This document shows positions 20,012 through 30,228 of a stretch of 64,000 bases of DNA, piece after piece. Numbering within the stretch: the stretch's first letter is position 1; the number at the start of each line of letters is the position of its first letter. Under the pieces are notes generated by a model. It was not told where the DNA came from. It saw only the letters and a program-made list of their open reading frames with translations, and did no database searches. This stretch comes from an uncultured Bacilli bacterium (GTDB taxonomy: Bacteria > Bacillota_I > Bacilli_A > RFN20 > CAG-449), in assembly GCA_947629415.1 (NCBI GenBank), contig CANRDP010000001.1, positions 11,290-75,289 of the forward strand, given 5' to 3'. The translations under genes were made by a program, and so were the position numbers.

Positions 20012-20067
20012 GTAAGTGAAAGCACTTACAAATTTTTTAAAGATATATCCGAACTTTGTTCGGATAT
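20012..20067 (+). promoter_or_regulatory. Bipartite conserved operator or leader motif, copy 3
   Basis: GTAAGTGAAAGCACTTAC at 20012-20029 lies 6 nt after the -10. A perfect 10-3-10 palindrome ATATCCGAAC-TTT-GTTCGGATAT lies at 20045-20067. Confidence 0.6.
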
Positions 20068-20102
20068 ATGGAAAAGTATTCAGAATTTCTTGAGGAGGAT
20101 GG

Positions 20103-20657
20103 ATGGATTTAAAAAAAGCAGACTTGATTATCTTTTCGTTTTTATCAATATTATTTGAATTTTTATCAAGCTATTTCTTCAATTTTCTGAATAGTGGATT
20201 TATCTTAAGCTTTTCCTTGTTGATTTTTCTTATTATGGCTCTTCGATGGGGAATAATGGGAATTGTACCTTTCTTACTTTCTGCGCTTCCATTAATTGCA
20301 ATGGAAAAGTCCATGGAATTATGGCAAAGCATTCTCTATTATCTTGTTGCGAATGTTTTCGCGGTAATTCCCATAGGTTGCTATACTCTTTTTTGCAAAG
20401 GGAAGAGTAGAAATGTGATGATTCAATCACCGGTATATCTTATTTTATTTTCTTTAGCGACATTTCTCAGTTTAGCTATTGGAAAATGGATTGCATGCAT
20501 CATCATAAATCAAGATGTTGCATCAATTGGAGGATATTTTATTTCTATGATATTTACGTATATTTTGACCATTCTTGTTTTATACGCATTATCAAGATTA
20601 AAAAATTCTATTGTAGCGGATATGGATTCTTATAGAAATGATGGAGAGGAGGTGTAA
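20103..20657 (+). CDS. Integral membrane protein, possibly a YesL/DUF624-like accessory to the CUT1 ABC transporter
   Basis: 184 aa with about 5 TM helices, first gene of the operon directly upstream of LplB/LplC-type permeases. The family assignment is a context-based guess. Confidence 0.3.
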   Translation: MDLKKADLIIFSFLSILFEFLSSYFFNFLNSGFILSFSLLIFLIMALRWGIMGIVPFLLSALPLIAMEKSMELWQSILYYLVANVFAVIPIGCYTLFCKGKSRNVMIQSPVYLILFSLATFLSLAIGKWIACIIINQDVASIGGYFISMIFTYILTILVLYALSRLKNSIVADMDSYRNDGEEV

Positions 20658-20659
20658 TC

Positions 20660-21625
20660 ATGAATGATATGATAAAGATGAGAGAACCCAAAGGTAAAAA
20701 AATTCTTAAAGGAATCAAAAAGGAATGGCAGTTATATCTTTTACTTATTCCCATTATTCTTTGGTTTTTGTTCTTTGCTTATAAACCCATGATTGGTTTA
20801 ATTGTCGCTTTTGAGCGTTTTGAACCTGCAGAAGGAATTTTCGGCAGTGATATGCGAGGTCTTTCGAACTTTGTCAACATTGTTACAGGTGTTAACCGAG
20901 AAGCATTTTGGGGAGCCTTTAGAAATACATTCATCATTAGTTTATATGGATTGGTTTTTGGATTTCCCATACCAATAATTTTGGCGCTTTTATTCAGCGA
21001 AATCAGAAGTGACGGATATCGAAAGATTTTGCAAACCATTACTTATCTTCCTCATTTTCTTTCTGAAGTTACCATTACGGGTATTGTCATTACCTTGGTC
21101 TATAGTGGAGTGAGTTCTACAGGTATTGTTGCTCAACTGCTTTATTCCCTGAATCTCGTACCTGCGGGAACGAAAATCATTGAAACGCCAAACTATTTTC
21201 GACCAATGTATATCATTACCGGTATCTGGAAAGAATCGGGATATAATTCTATCGTCTATTTTGCGGCAATCATGGGAATTTCCCCTGTCATGTATGAAGC
21301 CTTAAAAGTAGATGGTGGAAATAAATGGCAGGAAATCCGTTATGTTACGCTTCCTGGAATGGCCCCTACACTCATCATCATGATTATTATGAGAATAGGT
21401 CGTATGTTATCTGTCGGTTATGAACGAGTGTTGTTGCTCTATCATCCGAATACCTATGTTACCGCGGATGTTTTGTCTACTTTAGAGCAAAGAATCGGTA
21501 TTGGTACCGGTTCAAATCAAGGTCTTGGTTCGGCTATCGGTATTTTTAATTCCGTCATTGGTTTTGCTTTGGTTATCAGTGCCAACAAAATCTCACGACA
21601 GATTTCAAAGACCTCACTATGGTAA
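20660..21625 (+). CDS. Carbohydrate ABC transporter permease, LplB/YtcP/YesP family (CUT1)
   Basis: N-terminal ..YLLLIPIILWFLFFAYKPMIGLIVAFERF.. is typical of LplB. The EAA-like loop is EALKVDGGNKWQ. Confidence 0.75.
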   Translation: MNDMIKMREPKGKKILKGIKKEWQLYLLLIPIILWFLFFAYKPMIGLIVAFERFEPAEGIFGSDMRGLSNFVNIVTGVNREAFWGAFRNTFIISLYGLVFGFPIPIILALLFSEIRSDGYRKILQTITYLPHFLSEVTITGIVITLVYSGVSSTGIVAQLLYSLNLVPAGTKIIETPNYFRPMYIITGIWKESGYNSIVYFAAIMGISPVMYEALKVDGGNKWQEIRYVTLPGMAPTLIIMIIMRIGRMLSVGYERVLLLYHPNTYVTADVLSTLEQRIGIGTGSNQGLGSAIGIFNSVIGFALVISANKISRQISKTSLW

Positions 21626-21646
21626 GTTGAAAGATTGGAGGAAATT

Positions 21647-22516
21647 ATGGAAAGATCAAGTAAAAGTGAAATCGTATTCCGCGTTTTTTCGTACTTTTTT
21701 GTAACTATTTTTGCCATTTTATGTCTTTATCCCATCATCTATGCTTTCAGCGTATCTATCAGTGGAAAACTTGCCTATGAATCAGGACAGATTGTCTTTT
21801 TCCCAAAGGATTTGCAAATAGAGGCCTATCGAATTGTATTATTTGATAAAGGGTTCTGGATTTCTTATACGAACACACTATTCTATACCATTTTCGGTAC
21901 TGCATGGAGCATGTTCATCTCATTAACCGGTGCATATGTTCTTTCGAAAGACAAATTGTTAGGTAAAAGAACATGGAACTTTTTGCTCGTCTTTACAATG
22001 TGGTTCAGTGCAGGTATGATACCTCTTTATTTAAATTACATGGAATTGGGTGTGGATAACAAATGGGGTATGGTTATTGCTTTTGGTGTACAAGCTTATA
22101 ACATTATTCTTTTAAGAAATGCATTTTCGTCTGTACCGAAAGATATTGAAGAAGCGGCAAGGATGGATGGATCCAGTGAAATACAGATTTTTACAAAAAT
22201 TTATATGCCTATGTCGAAAGCGGCAATTGCCACTGTGACCTTGTTTTATGCAATTAGCCGTTGGAATGGTTATTATTGGTCCAGAATGCTGCTCAGAAAT
22301 TCACAAGAACAGCCACTTCAAGTGTATCTGAGAACGTTAATAGAAAATTATCAAAAACTTTATGATGAATCCGTTGTGGCTGGAAACCTGACTTATGCAG
22401 CCGATAGTTTGGTTTATGCGATCATCATCTGCTCTATCATTCCCGTGCTTGTAGTATATCCTTACATTCAAAAATACTTCACACGTGGCGTGAATTTAGG
22501 CGGAGTCAAAGGCTAG
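21647..22516 (+). CDS. Carbohydrate ABC transporter permease, LplC/YesQ family (CUT1)
   Basis: EAARMDGSSEIQIFTKIYMPMSKAAIATVTLFYAISRWNGYYW parallels the LplC EAA region. ATG 21647 lies 5 nt after GGAGG. Confidence 0.75.
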   Translation: MERSSKSEIVFRVFSYFFVTIFAILCLYPIIYAFSVSISGKLAYESGQIVFFPKDLQIEAYRIVLFDKGFWISYTNTLFYTIFGTAWSMFISLTGAYVLSKDKLLGKRTWNFLLVFTMWFSAGMIPLYLNYMELGVDNKWGMVIAFGVQAYNIILLRNAFSSVPKDIEEAARMDGSSEIQIFTKIYMPMSKAAIATVTLFYAISRWNGYYWSRMLLRNSQEQPLQVYLRTLIENYQKLYDESVVAGNLTYAADSLVYAIIICSIIPVLVVYPYIQKYFTRGVNLGGVKG

Positions 22517-22527
22517 AAAGGAAAACT

Positions 22528-24603
22528 ATGAAAAAAATATTTTTAGGAGCAATTGTTGCAGCATCGACTTTTATTTCGTTAGCATCCTGTAACAATTCCG
22601 AAACACCAAATAGTTCTACATCTATAAGTGTTGATCTTACAACAAATATTGAATTGAAACTAAATATGGCCTACGGTAATAAGGATCAAACCGTGACATA
22701 TCAAAAATCCAATCCATTAACATTACCAGATAATACAGTTATCACTCAGGGTAGTTTGAAACCCTTCTGGAGTTATCTTGGGAAACAAACCAATACGACG
22801 TTTAAAGATATTACCATTCAATCTCAAAAAGCTTCTGAAATGATTACGACCTCTGCTGCAACCGGATTTACCGATGCAGATATTTACGGAGGAAATAGTA
22901 TTGCAGAATCTTTAATGAGCTATGGTGTGCAAAAAAAATTCGCTAACTTAACCGAAATGATGAATCAAGGATTGATGCCTCATGTGAAGGCATATTTAGA
23001 TGCAAATCCAAGTTTCAAATCGGCTATTACAGCTTATGATGGAAATATCTATCATCTTCCGTATATTGCCGAAGTCGGTGAATTTGCTCGTGATTATCAC
23101 ATGCGTGAAAGCTGGGTAACCAGTTTATTAGATAATACGGGTGGAAAATCATATGATACCGATACAACGCTTACGACATATTATAAAGGATTTTGGGTTG
23201 GAAATAATGCACGTACAGGAAATAACGGCGGAACCGTCACTCCAAAAGAAGGCGTGAATATCACTAAAAAGACAAATCAGAATATCATTACTTTGATGAA
23301 TGCTTTGCCAAGTAAAAATGGACAAGCCTTGGCCGAATGTTTAAAAACATATATTCAGAATAATTATGATTATACAAAGGCAAGCGAACTCTATTTAGGA
23401 GAAAAAGCGGCTTACGATATCGATGAACTTGTCGCTTTATTCCGTGTTATCAAAGCAAATCCAAAATTCTTAACAAGTGGAAAAGCAGATACGGTATGGC
23501 CCTACTTTACAAGACAATCTTCTTATCGAGAAGAATTATTACGATTTGCCACATATTTCGGTGGCGTTCGAGTTCATGGATCCGACTCATATTCTGCACG
23601 ATGGGAAATCGATGCAAATGGTCAAATTCAATATACATATACAAAAGAAGAACTCTACAATATATTGAATTATTTATCCGATTGGAATGCCGAAGGATTG
23701 ATTTTTACCGATACTTATGATTCCAACAATAAGAATAATTTCCGTAATCAACTATATTTTGCCGACAATGCGGAAAATGCGAAATTTGGATTTATGACAT
23801 TTGATTTTACGGCTTCAACTACTGCGGATGGCGGAGCAAATGAACCGGCAAGAGATATCGTTGGTGTTTTGCCTCCTGTATCTAAAGTCAATGGTGTATG
23901 GCAGTATTACATTGATAATTCTCGTGTTATCAAACCGGATGGTTGGGCAATTTCCAATCAATCTAGCGATGCTAAGAAACAAAGAGCTGCCGTAATCTTT
24001 GATTACTTCTTCACAGAAGAGGGTGCGGTTTTACAAAATTATGGTCTACCTCAAATGTTGAAAACAGATGAAAAATTCACCGGTCCTGATGGGAAAGAAG
24101 TACCTGCATATAATGACTGGACCTTACAAACAACAAAAGAAATGGCCAATGGTGACTTATCTACGTTCCTTCGTAATTTTATCGGTGCATTGATGCCTGT
24201 GGGTTATGCTAAAGAAATCGGATTTGAATATCAATATACTTCAGAACGTGGATTCAATGCTTGGAAATTATTGCAAAATTCCACTACGAATATACCTTCT
24301 TATGCCGGTACCGGACTTCAAGGAGATAATCCGAATTACTATAAACTCATTCCACCTGTTTTCTCTTTAACGGAAAGACAAACGGAAACATTACAAAATG
24401 ATACGACAATCAATTCAGATAACTCCTTGTTTGAAGTAATCTTTAACATTATTCGATACAAAACTCGAAATGATGCTCCAGCAAGTGTCAAATTACCTGC
24501 AGATTACAATGCATACTATAAGTTATTCCAAGATGCCGGAATTGAAACTTATATCTCAACGTATCAAGCAGCATATCAAACAATGCAGGCATTAAATAAA
24601 TAA
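22528..24603 (+). CDS. Extracellular solute-binding lipoprotein of the ABC transporter (LplA/YesO-like, enlarged)
   Basis: Lipobox SLASC. The 691-aa family-1 sugar-binding protein follows the two permeases. Confidence 0.6.
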   Translation: MKKIFLGAIVAASTFISLASCNNSETPNSSTSISVDLTTNIELKLNMAYGNKDQTVTYQKSNPLTLPDNTVITQGSLKPFWSYLGKQTNTTFKDITIQSQKASEMITTSAATGFTDADIYGGNSIAESLMSYGVQKKFANLTEMMNQGLMPHVKAYLDANPSFKSAITAYDGNIYHLPYIAEVGEFARDYHMRESWVTSLLDNTGGKSYDTDTTLTTYYKGFWVGNNARTGNNGGTVTPKEGVNITKKTNQNIITLMNALPSKNGQALAECLKTYIQNNYDYTKASELYLGEKAAYDIDELVALFRVIKANPKFLTSGKADTVWPYFTRQSSYREELLRFATYFGGVRVHGSDSYSARWEIDANGQIQYTYTKEELYNILNYLSDWNAEGLIFTDTYDSNNKNNFRNQLYFADNAENAKFGFMTFDFTASTTADGGANEPARDIVGVLPPVSKVNGVWQYYIDNSRVIKPDGWAISNQSSDAKKQRAAVIFDYFFTEEGAVLQNYGLPQMLKTDEKFTGPDGKEVPAYNDWTLQTTKEMANGDLSTFLRNFIGALMPVGYAKEIGFEYQYTSERGFNAWKLLQNSTTNIPSYAGTGLQGDNPNYYKLIPPVFSLTERQTETLQNDTTINSDNSLFEVIFNIIRYKTRNDAPASVKLPADYNAYYKLFQDAGIETYISTYQAAYQTMQALNK

Positions 24604-24614
24604 AAAAGGATTGT

Positions 24615-24638
24615 GGTAGGGGGAGTTTTCTCCCTACC
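24615..24638 (+). other. Intra-operon hairpin without a U-tract
   Basis: GGTAGGGGGAG-tttt-CTCCCTACC. It could be a processing or stability element; it is not a clear terminator. Confidence 0.3.
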
Positions 24639-24666
24639 AATTCCTCATTGATAGTGAGATGATTAT

Positions 24667-25221
24667 ATGAAAAAATTAGTAAAATGTTTCAAATTTCAAA
24701 AAGTGATGTTTGTTGTCCAAATTTTGATGATCGTAATAACTTTTATTTCGGCCTTATCTTTCATGACACAATATGCCAATCTTTTTGGGCTCGAACTTCC
24801 ATTAAATCAAAGTATTATTGACTTTCATAATCATATGCAAAACTTCAATAAAACATGGGTATACCTTTCCATTGTAAGTCTTGTTTCTATTATTGCGATG
24901 TTTTTCTTAGAAACACAAAAAAGAGTTGCTGATCGTTTTGCTTTGATTGTTATGGGTATCTTTATTGCCATTGCTATTGCAACGGCTGTTTATGTTATTG
25001 TCAATACGATGAGTTTATTGCAAGAATATCAACAGGTAGATTTTACTTATATTTATTTGGAAGCTCCGGAATTGGCCGATTATCAATTGCAATTTGAAAC
25101 CTTTTATCTTGTTTTCATCGTTCATATCGTCGCCATTATAACTTTTATAGGATATTTTGTAAGTCTGTTACTTTCTCATATCCTTTATGTAAAAGAGAAA
25201 GGAGAACAAAATGCTCAGTAA
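24667..25221 (+). CDS. Hypothetical polytopic membrane protein
   Basis: 184 aa with 4-5 predicted TM helices and no recognisable motif. Confidence 0.4.
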   Translation: MKKLVKCFKFQKVMFVVQILMIVITFISALSFMTQYANLFGLELPLNQSIIDFHNHMQNFNKTWVYLSIVSLVSIIAMFFLETQKRVADRFALIVMGIFIAIAIATAVYVIVNTMSLLQEYQQVDFTYIYLEAPELADYQLQFETFYLVFIVHIVAIITFIGYFVSLLLSHILYVKEKGEQNAQ

Positions 25222-26008
25222 TCAAGCATTGGAGGAAAAGATCCTTAAGTGTCAGAAAACGATGGACGAAGCCAAAAAAACGGATGATGCCATTGCTTCT
25301 TCTTCTATAGAACATATAGATGAAACACTTCCCAGTCGGATTCAAAAAACTTTAAAGAAAATTCAAGAAAAATATGTATCTGCTAAAAGCGATAAACAAA
25401 AAGAGCAGGCTATGAGCACTTTTCAAATCTATAAGGATAAAGTGGCTTATCAGACAAAAAAAATTTTGGTAAATGCTCGATTTGATATGCATCGTTATGA
25501 AAGCATGAAGGAATGGAATCAACAAGAGGATGATGTTAAAGAAGAACAAAAAATAAATTTGACCTTTTATAAGGCCAATGTATCCAGTTATTGGCTTACT
25601 TTATCTGTTATCCTAGTTACTTTAGTTTATTTGGTTGAAATGTTATCCATGATGGAAAGAACTTTTTGGATTGGTATATTCATTCTCATCAATATCGCCT
25701 TTTTGCTCTTCTTATTTACAGCAGCGATTAAATTAAAGAATTATATTAAACTTTTCAGTTATCTTATATTTGCTTTTGGTATTTATACCATTCTGAGAAT
25801 AGGAGTCATTGTTCCTTTTATCTTGAATGTATCTCTTTTACCAACTGCGGATGATGCGAATTTTATGGCTAAAATAGTAATCATTCTGGTCAATATTTAT
25901 TCTTGTATTGTTTCTTTTTATATAGGTATTTCCTCTTTAAGAAAAGTGAAAAAACAAGAGCAATATATCAAAGAAGGTAAAATTACCTTCCATCAATTGT
26001 CAAAGTAG
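25211..26008 (+). CDS. Hypothetical membrane protein with a charged N-terminal cytoplasmic domain
   Basis: 265 aa: about 110 aa of K/E-rich soluble sequence, then about 4 TM helices. It overlaps the upstream gene by 11 nt. Confidence 0.4.
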   Translation: MLSNQALEEKILKCQKTMDEAKKTDDAIASSSIEHIDETLPSRIQKTLKKIQEKYVSAKSDKQKEQAMSTFQIYKDKVAYQTKKILVNARFDMHRYESMKEWNQQEDDVKEEQKINLTFYKANVSSYWLTLSVILVTLVYLVEMLSMMERTFWIGIFILINIAFLLFLFTAAIKLKNYIKLFSYLIFAFGIYTILRIGVIVPFILNVSLLPTADDANFMAKIVIILVNIYSCIVSFYIGISSLRKVKKQEQYIKEGKITFHQLSK

Positions 26009-26016
26009 GTAATCAT

Positions 26017-27111
26017 ATGGCAGAGATTATTTTAAAAAATGTAAATAAAATTTATCCGAATGGAGCACATGCTGTTTATGACTTCAATTTGGAAATCAAA
26101 GATGGTGAATTTATCGTTTTAGTCGGTCCTTCCGGGTGTGGTAAATCAACGACGCTTCGCATGATTGCCGGTTTAGAGGGAATCACGTCCGGAGATCTTT
26201 ATATTGATGGAGAAAGAGTCAATTTGTTGGCACCTATGGATCGCGATATCGCTATGGTCTTCCAAAACTATGCTCTTTATTACAATATGTCGGTTTACGA
26301 TAATATGGGCATTTCTTTGAAATTGCGTCATGAACAGAAGAATATTATTCATAAAACCGTCAAAGATATGGCGATGCGTTTTGATTTGACGGATTATTTG
26401 AATCGGTTGCCATCCAATTTATCCGGTGGTCAAAAACAGCGCGTAGCTTTAGGTCGTGCGGTCGTTCGCAATCCGAAAGTTTTCCTCATGGATGAGCCTT
26501 TAAGCAATTTGGATGCAAAACTTCGTGAAAAAACTAGAAGTGAAATTGTTAAACTGCAAAAAGAATTAAAGACTACAACGATTTATGTCACACATGATCA
26601 GGTGGAAGCTATGACAATGGCCGATCGCATTGTCGTGATGAATGAAGGATATATTCAGCAGATTGCTACGCCTTTTGATCTTTATAATTATCCGGACAAT
26701 ATGTTTGTTGCGGGATTTATCGGAATGCCCAATATTAATTTTATTGAAGGAACAGTTCACGATAATTATTTCCATTTTGATGGCATGAAAGTGGCTATTG
26801 ACGAAGCTTCCATTCCAAAATTAAAGGCCTATGAAAATAAAGAAGTCATCATGGGAATTCGTCCGGAGTATATCGAATTCGGCGAAAAGGCTTATGAATC
26901 TTTCCCGGATGCAATACTGGATCTTCCGATGATTCATAAAGAATTTCTCGGGGATGAATACTATGTGGAATTGAAACTTCCGTCACAGGAAATTACCGCG
27001 CGTATCAGCAGTGAATTTCATCTGACTTCCCAAAACTTAAAAGTGGTATTCAATATGAAGAAAGTTCACTTCTTTGATAAAGAAACAACGAAGAGAATTG
27101 TGGAGGAGTAA
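26017..27111 (+). CDS. Sugar ABC transporter ATP-binding protein, MsmK/MsmX/MalK type (copy 1)
   Basis: Walker A GPSGCGKST, signature LSGGQKQRVALGRA, Walker B FLMDEPLSNLD, and a C-terminal MalK-like regulatory/TOBE domain. Confidence 0.85.
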   Translation: MAEIILKNVNKIYPNGAHAVYDFNLEIKDGEFIVLVGPSGCGKSTTLRMIAGLEGITSGDLYIDGERVNLLAPMDRDIAMVFQNYALYYNMSVYDNMGISLKLRHEQKNIIHKTVKDMAMRFDLTDYLNRLPSNLSGGQKQRVALGRAVVRNPKVFLMDEPLSNLDAKLREKTRSEIVKLQKELKTTTIYVTHDQVEAMTMADRIVVMNEGYIQQIATPFDLYNYPDNMFVAGFIGMPNINFIEGTVHDNYFHFDGMKVAIDEASIPKLKAYENKEVIMGIRPEYIEFGEKAYESFPDAILDLPMIHKEFLGDEYYVELKLPSQEITARISSEFHLTSQNLKVVFNMKKVHFFDKETTKRIVEE

Positions 27112-27113
27112 GT

Positions 27114-27635
27114 ATGGGAAATAAATTTTTAATTACATTGAAAAAAGTGTTGAAAACTCCAAGACTCATGTCAAAATATATCATTTGTTTTACTGCGGTT
27201 ATGCACCTTGTGATTTCTCACATTCAGATTCAATCCATTGCTCTTTTGAACGATCAAATTTGTGGTTTTACTATGTTTTTTTTCATACTTTTTGGATTTG
27301 CTTGTTTATTCAATGCTATACGAATGAATCAAATCACTTTGAAAAAATGGATTATTTCTCTTTTAATGCTTTGTATCACCATGGGATTTGGAATCTGGTT
27401 AGTGATAATTTATTTTTCTTCTTTGGGCACGCAAGTGAATCTTGAACTCAATGAAATTCTTCCGGGAATTGTAGTTTCCATTATAGTACTTGTACTCTAT
27501 TTGATTGGCATGATTGAGCTTATTGTCGGTTATTTTGTGGAAAGAAAACAAGTAAAAGAAGTTCTTTATATCGAAGATGAAATCGATTCGGAAGAAGAAT
27601 TCGAATCAGAGGAAAAAACGCAAGGAGAAAATTAA
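27114..27635 (+). CDS. Hypothetical membrane protein with an acidic C-terminal tail
   Basis: 173 aa with about 4 TM helices, ending in EDEIDSEEEFESEEK. Confidence 0.4.
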   Translation: MGNKFLITLKKVLKTPRLMSKYIICFTAVMHLVISHIQIQSIALLNDQICGFTMFFFILFGFACLFNAIRMNQITLKKWIISLLMLCITMGFGIWLVIIYFSSLGTQVNLELNEILPGIVVSIIVLVLYLIGMIELIVGYFVERKQVKEVLYIEDEIDSEEEFESEEKTQGEN

Positions 27636-27638
27636 TTC

Positions 27639-28169
27639 ATGGAGAAAAAAGATGAAAATAAGAAACCGTTTTTATCTCGATTCAGCGATCGTACAAAGAT
27701 AGCTTTTTTAAGGTTTTGGTTTGTTGGTCTCATTTATTATTTGGTCGGATGGGGTACCGATTTGGGTTTAAATGAAGATCCGGTGGATTTCATCTTTGTT
27801 TTAGCTCTCATCAGCAGTGCGGCAATAATTATTATTTTCAATCCCATCTGCCATTATATGTTTGATATTGAAAGAAATGGTATCATTATGAATAAAGAAA
27901 TTCAAAACAGAAAAATCTATCAGGGAGTTCTTTTTAATCTATTTGAGTTTGTTCGTTGTCTTCTGGTAACCGTACTCATTTATCTCACCTATGAATTAAT
28001 CAATATGGCTTTTATTCATTTGACCAATGCGGATTATCTCATTTTACAGGGAGAGCCGATTTTATATGGTGTATTCTTTACTTTATATTATGAAATATTT
28101 ACATCGATAAGAAATAAGATTTTGTTCTTATTTCAATCAAAAGTAAAACAAAAAAAGGAAAAGAAATGA
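27639..28169 (+). CDS. Hypothetical membrane protein
   Basis: 176 aa with about 4 TM helices. Confidence 0.4.
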   Translation: MEKKDENKKPFLSRFSDRTKIAFLRFWFVGLIYYLVGWGTDLGLNEDPVDFIFVLALISSAAIIIIFNPICHYMFDIERNGIIMNKEIQNRKIYQGVLFNLFEFVRCLLVTVLIYLTYELINMAFIHLTNADYLILQGEPILYGVFFTLYYEIFTSIRNKILFLFQSKVKQKKEKK

Positions 28170-28170
28170 T

Positions 28171-30228
28171 ATGGATCAATATATCTTTATTCCATCATTA
28201 ACGAAATTAAAAAAAGAGATTCGTTTAGAAAAAAAAGCACAATATCGCGCTTTGCTTGAAGAAGCAAATCGCTTGTTTTGTTTACCTTTATACGTAGAAC
28301 CTCCTAAAAAGTCAACGACATATATTGCTCAGGCTATGTGTAATTTGACTTTATGCTATCGATTGAGTGAAGATGAAAAATATCTTCAAGAGGCTTTGAG
28401 AATTATTGAAACCGTCCTTTCTTATCCTTACTGGGGAAACGCGCATTTGGTAAATGTTGATTTGAGTGCTTCCTTTCTGCTTTTCGGATTGTCCTTAAGC
28501 TATCATTATATAAAAGAAGATTTATCCGAGAAACAACAGAAAAGAATCGAAGAAAAATTACTTTATCAGGCACAATTGATGTTTGATTACAGCAAGGAAC
28601 ATGAGGATTCCTGGCCTCGTCACTATTTTCAAAATCACAACTGGATTAATTTTACGGGATTAGCTATGGTCGGTTATGTTCTGCAAGAAAAATATCCAAA
28701 AGTAGCCATTTATAAAGAAGCTGCCAAAGAAAATTTTCATAAAGTATTTTCTTATTTACCGGAAGATGGTTCCGATTATGAAGGAGCAACTTATTGGAGA
28801 TATGGTGTATTATGGCTATATATTTATGCTTATCTTTTAAAGGAACAAGAGGGAATTGATTATTTTAAAACATCTGGATTTTTAAAAAATACCTTCGATT
28901 ATCGTTTGTACCAAAGTGCTTCGAATCTTAACAAGCAATTGAATTTTGGCGATTGTCATGATTTATATAGTTCTCATAGTGTTGCGATGTATTATTTGAT
29001 TGCCGGAATATATCATAACGGATACGCACAAAAATTGGGTAATGAAATTTTCACACATTATCTTTATGAAGAACAATATAATAGTAAAATCAAACCGGGT
29101 ATTCTTCCCGAAGCTTATTTGACTTTACTTTGGTATCAACCAAGAATTCAAGAAAAGGATTTGGATGCATTACCAAAAGTGAAATATTTCAAAGATTTAG
29201 GTCTTATTTGTGTTCGGGAAGGATTTAAAAAGCAAGATAAAGTGTTTTCCATTAAATGTTCGTATCCCGGAGGTAAAAAACAATGGTACAAAGGAATAGA
29301 ACATTATCAAAAAACAGGGCAATGGATTCTTTCCTTAGCACATCATCATCCGGATAATTTATCTTATATTTTCACGGGTGGGGACGATTATTACGCTTGT
29401 GATGAAGGTTATAATCGTATGATTGAACCAAGCGATCATAATGTGCTTTTAGTAGATCATCTTTATAGCGATGTCATGCAAACAAATGATGTTTACATGC
29501 GAAGTATTCAAAAGCGCTTAGAAGAAACACCTTTTTATGATGCAAAAAAATATCGTGGAACAATAAGATATTTCTTTATGCACGAAGATATCGTCGCTTT
29601 TCAAATGGAAAATCATGCTATTTATCCGTTATCTTTAAAAATGAAAGAAGTTTCTCGGACGGTTCTTTTAAAAGGACTTCATTGGATTGTAATGATGGAT
29701 ACGTTTGATAGTTTCTGTCCTCATATTTATGAAAGCGTTTTAAATCAATTCCATCCTATGAAAGAAGTAGGGGAAGGATATCAAATTTTCACTTTGGATG
29801 AAGAAATGTATTATTATGTTTTCTCTTCCGATGCATTGGAAATGAATCATACCATTCAAGAAATTAAAAGTATTATGACAACACAAGAACCAGATGTATT
29901 CACAAGAAATATGTTTCATCGATACATCGCTTCTACAAAAGAAAAAAAGAAAAAACATATGAGAATAGAGGTTTTTTCTACCGAAAAACTTCAACCGCGA
30001 TGGCAGAAAAACACCTTCATACTTACGGAAAATGAAAGAATTCTATTTAAGAAGAATTATGACTTCGATTTTGACGGAAAGATGCTATATCTCCGTTATG
30101 AATCAAATTATCTCAAGGAATTGGTTTTACTTGAAGGAACATTTGTTTCATATAAAGGTCAGGAACTGATTCGTCTACCTAAAAAAGGAAGTGCTAAGAA
30201 AGGAGATTTTTATGCAATACTTAAATGA
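28171..30228 (+). CDS. Heparinase II/III-like polysaccharide lyase (PL12/15/17/21 superfamily), cytoplasmic
   Basis: 685 aa with no signal peptide. It has alpha/alpha-toroid N-H and aromatic motifs (QNHNWINF, GATYWRYG) and a C-terminal Hepar_II_III-type H-x-H-x-D motif (LAHHHPDNLSYIF). Confidence 0.5.
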   Translation: MDQYIFIPSLTKLKKEIRLEKKAQYRALLEEANRLFCLPLYVEPPKKSTTYIAQAMCNLTLCYRLSEDEKYLQEALRIIETVLSYPYWGNAHLVNVDLSASFLLFGLSLSYHYIKEDLSEKQQKRIEEKLLYQAQLMFDYSKEHEDSWPRHYFQNHNWINFTGLAMVGYVLQEKYPKVAIYKEAAKENFHKVFSYLPEDGSDYEGATYWRYGVLWLYIYAYLLKEQEGIDYFKTSGFLKNTFDYRLYQSASNLNKQLNFGDCHDLYSSHSVAMYYLIAGIYHNGYAQKLGNEIFTHYLYEEQYNSKIKPGILPEAYLTLLWYQPRIQEKDLDALPKVKYFKDLGLICVREGFKKQDKVFSIKCSYPGGKKQWYKGIEHYQKTGQWILSLAHHHPDNLSYIFTGGDDYYACDEGYNRMIEPSDHNVLLVDHLYSDVMQTNDVYMRSIQKRLEETPFYDAKKYRGTIRYFFMHEDIVAFQMENHAIYPLSLKMKEVSRTVLLKGLHWIVMMDTFDSFCPHIYESVLNQFHPMKEVGEGYQIFTLDEEMYYYVFSSDALEMNHTIQEIKSIMTTQEPDVFTRNMFHRYIASTKEKKKKHMRIEVFSTEKLQPRWQKNTFILTENERILFKKNYDFDFDGKMLYLRYESNYLKELVLLEGTFVSYKGQELIRLPKKGSAKKGDFYAILK

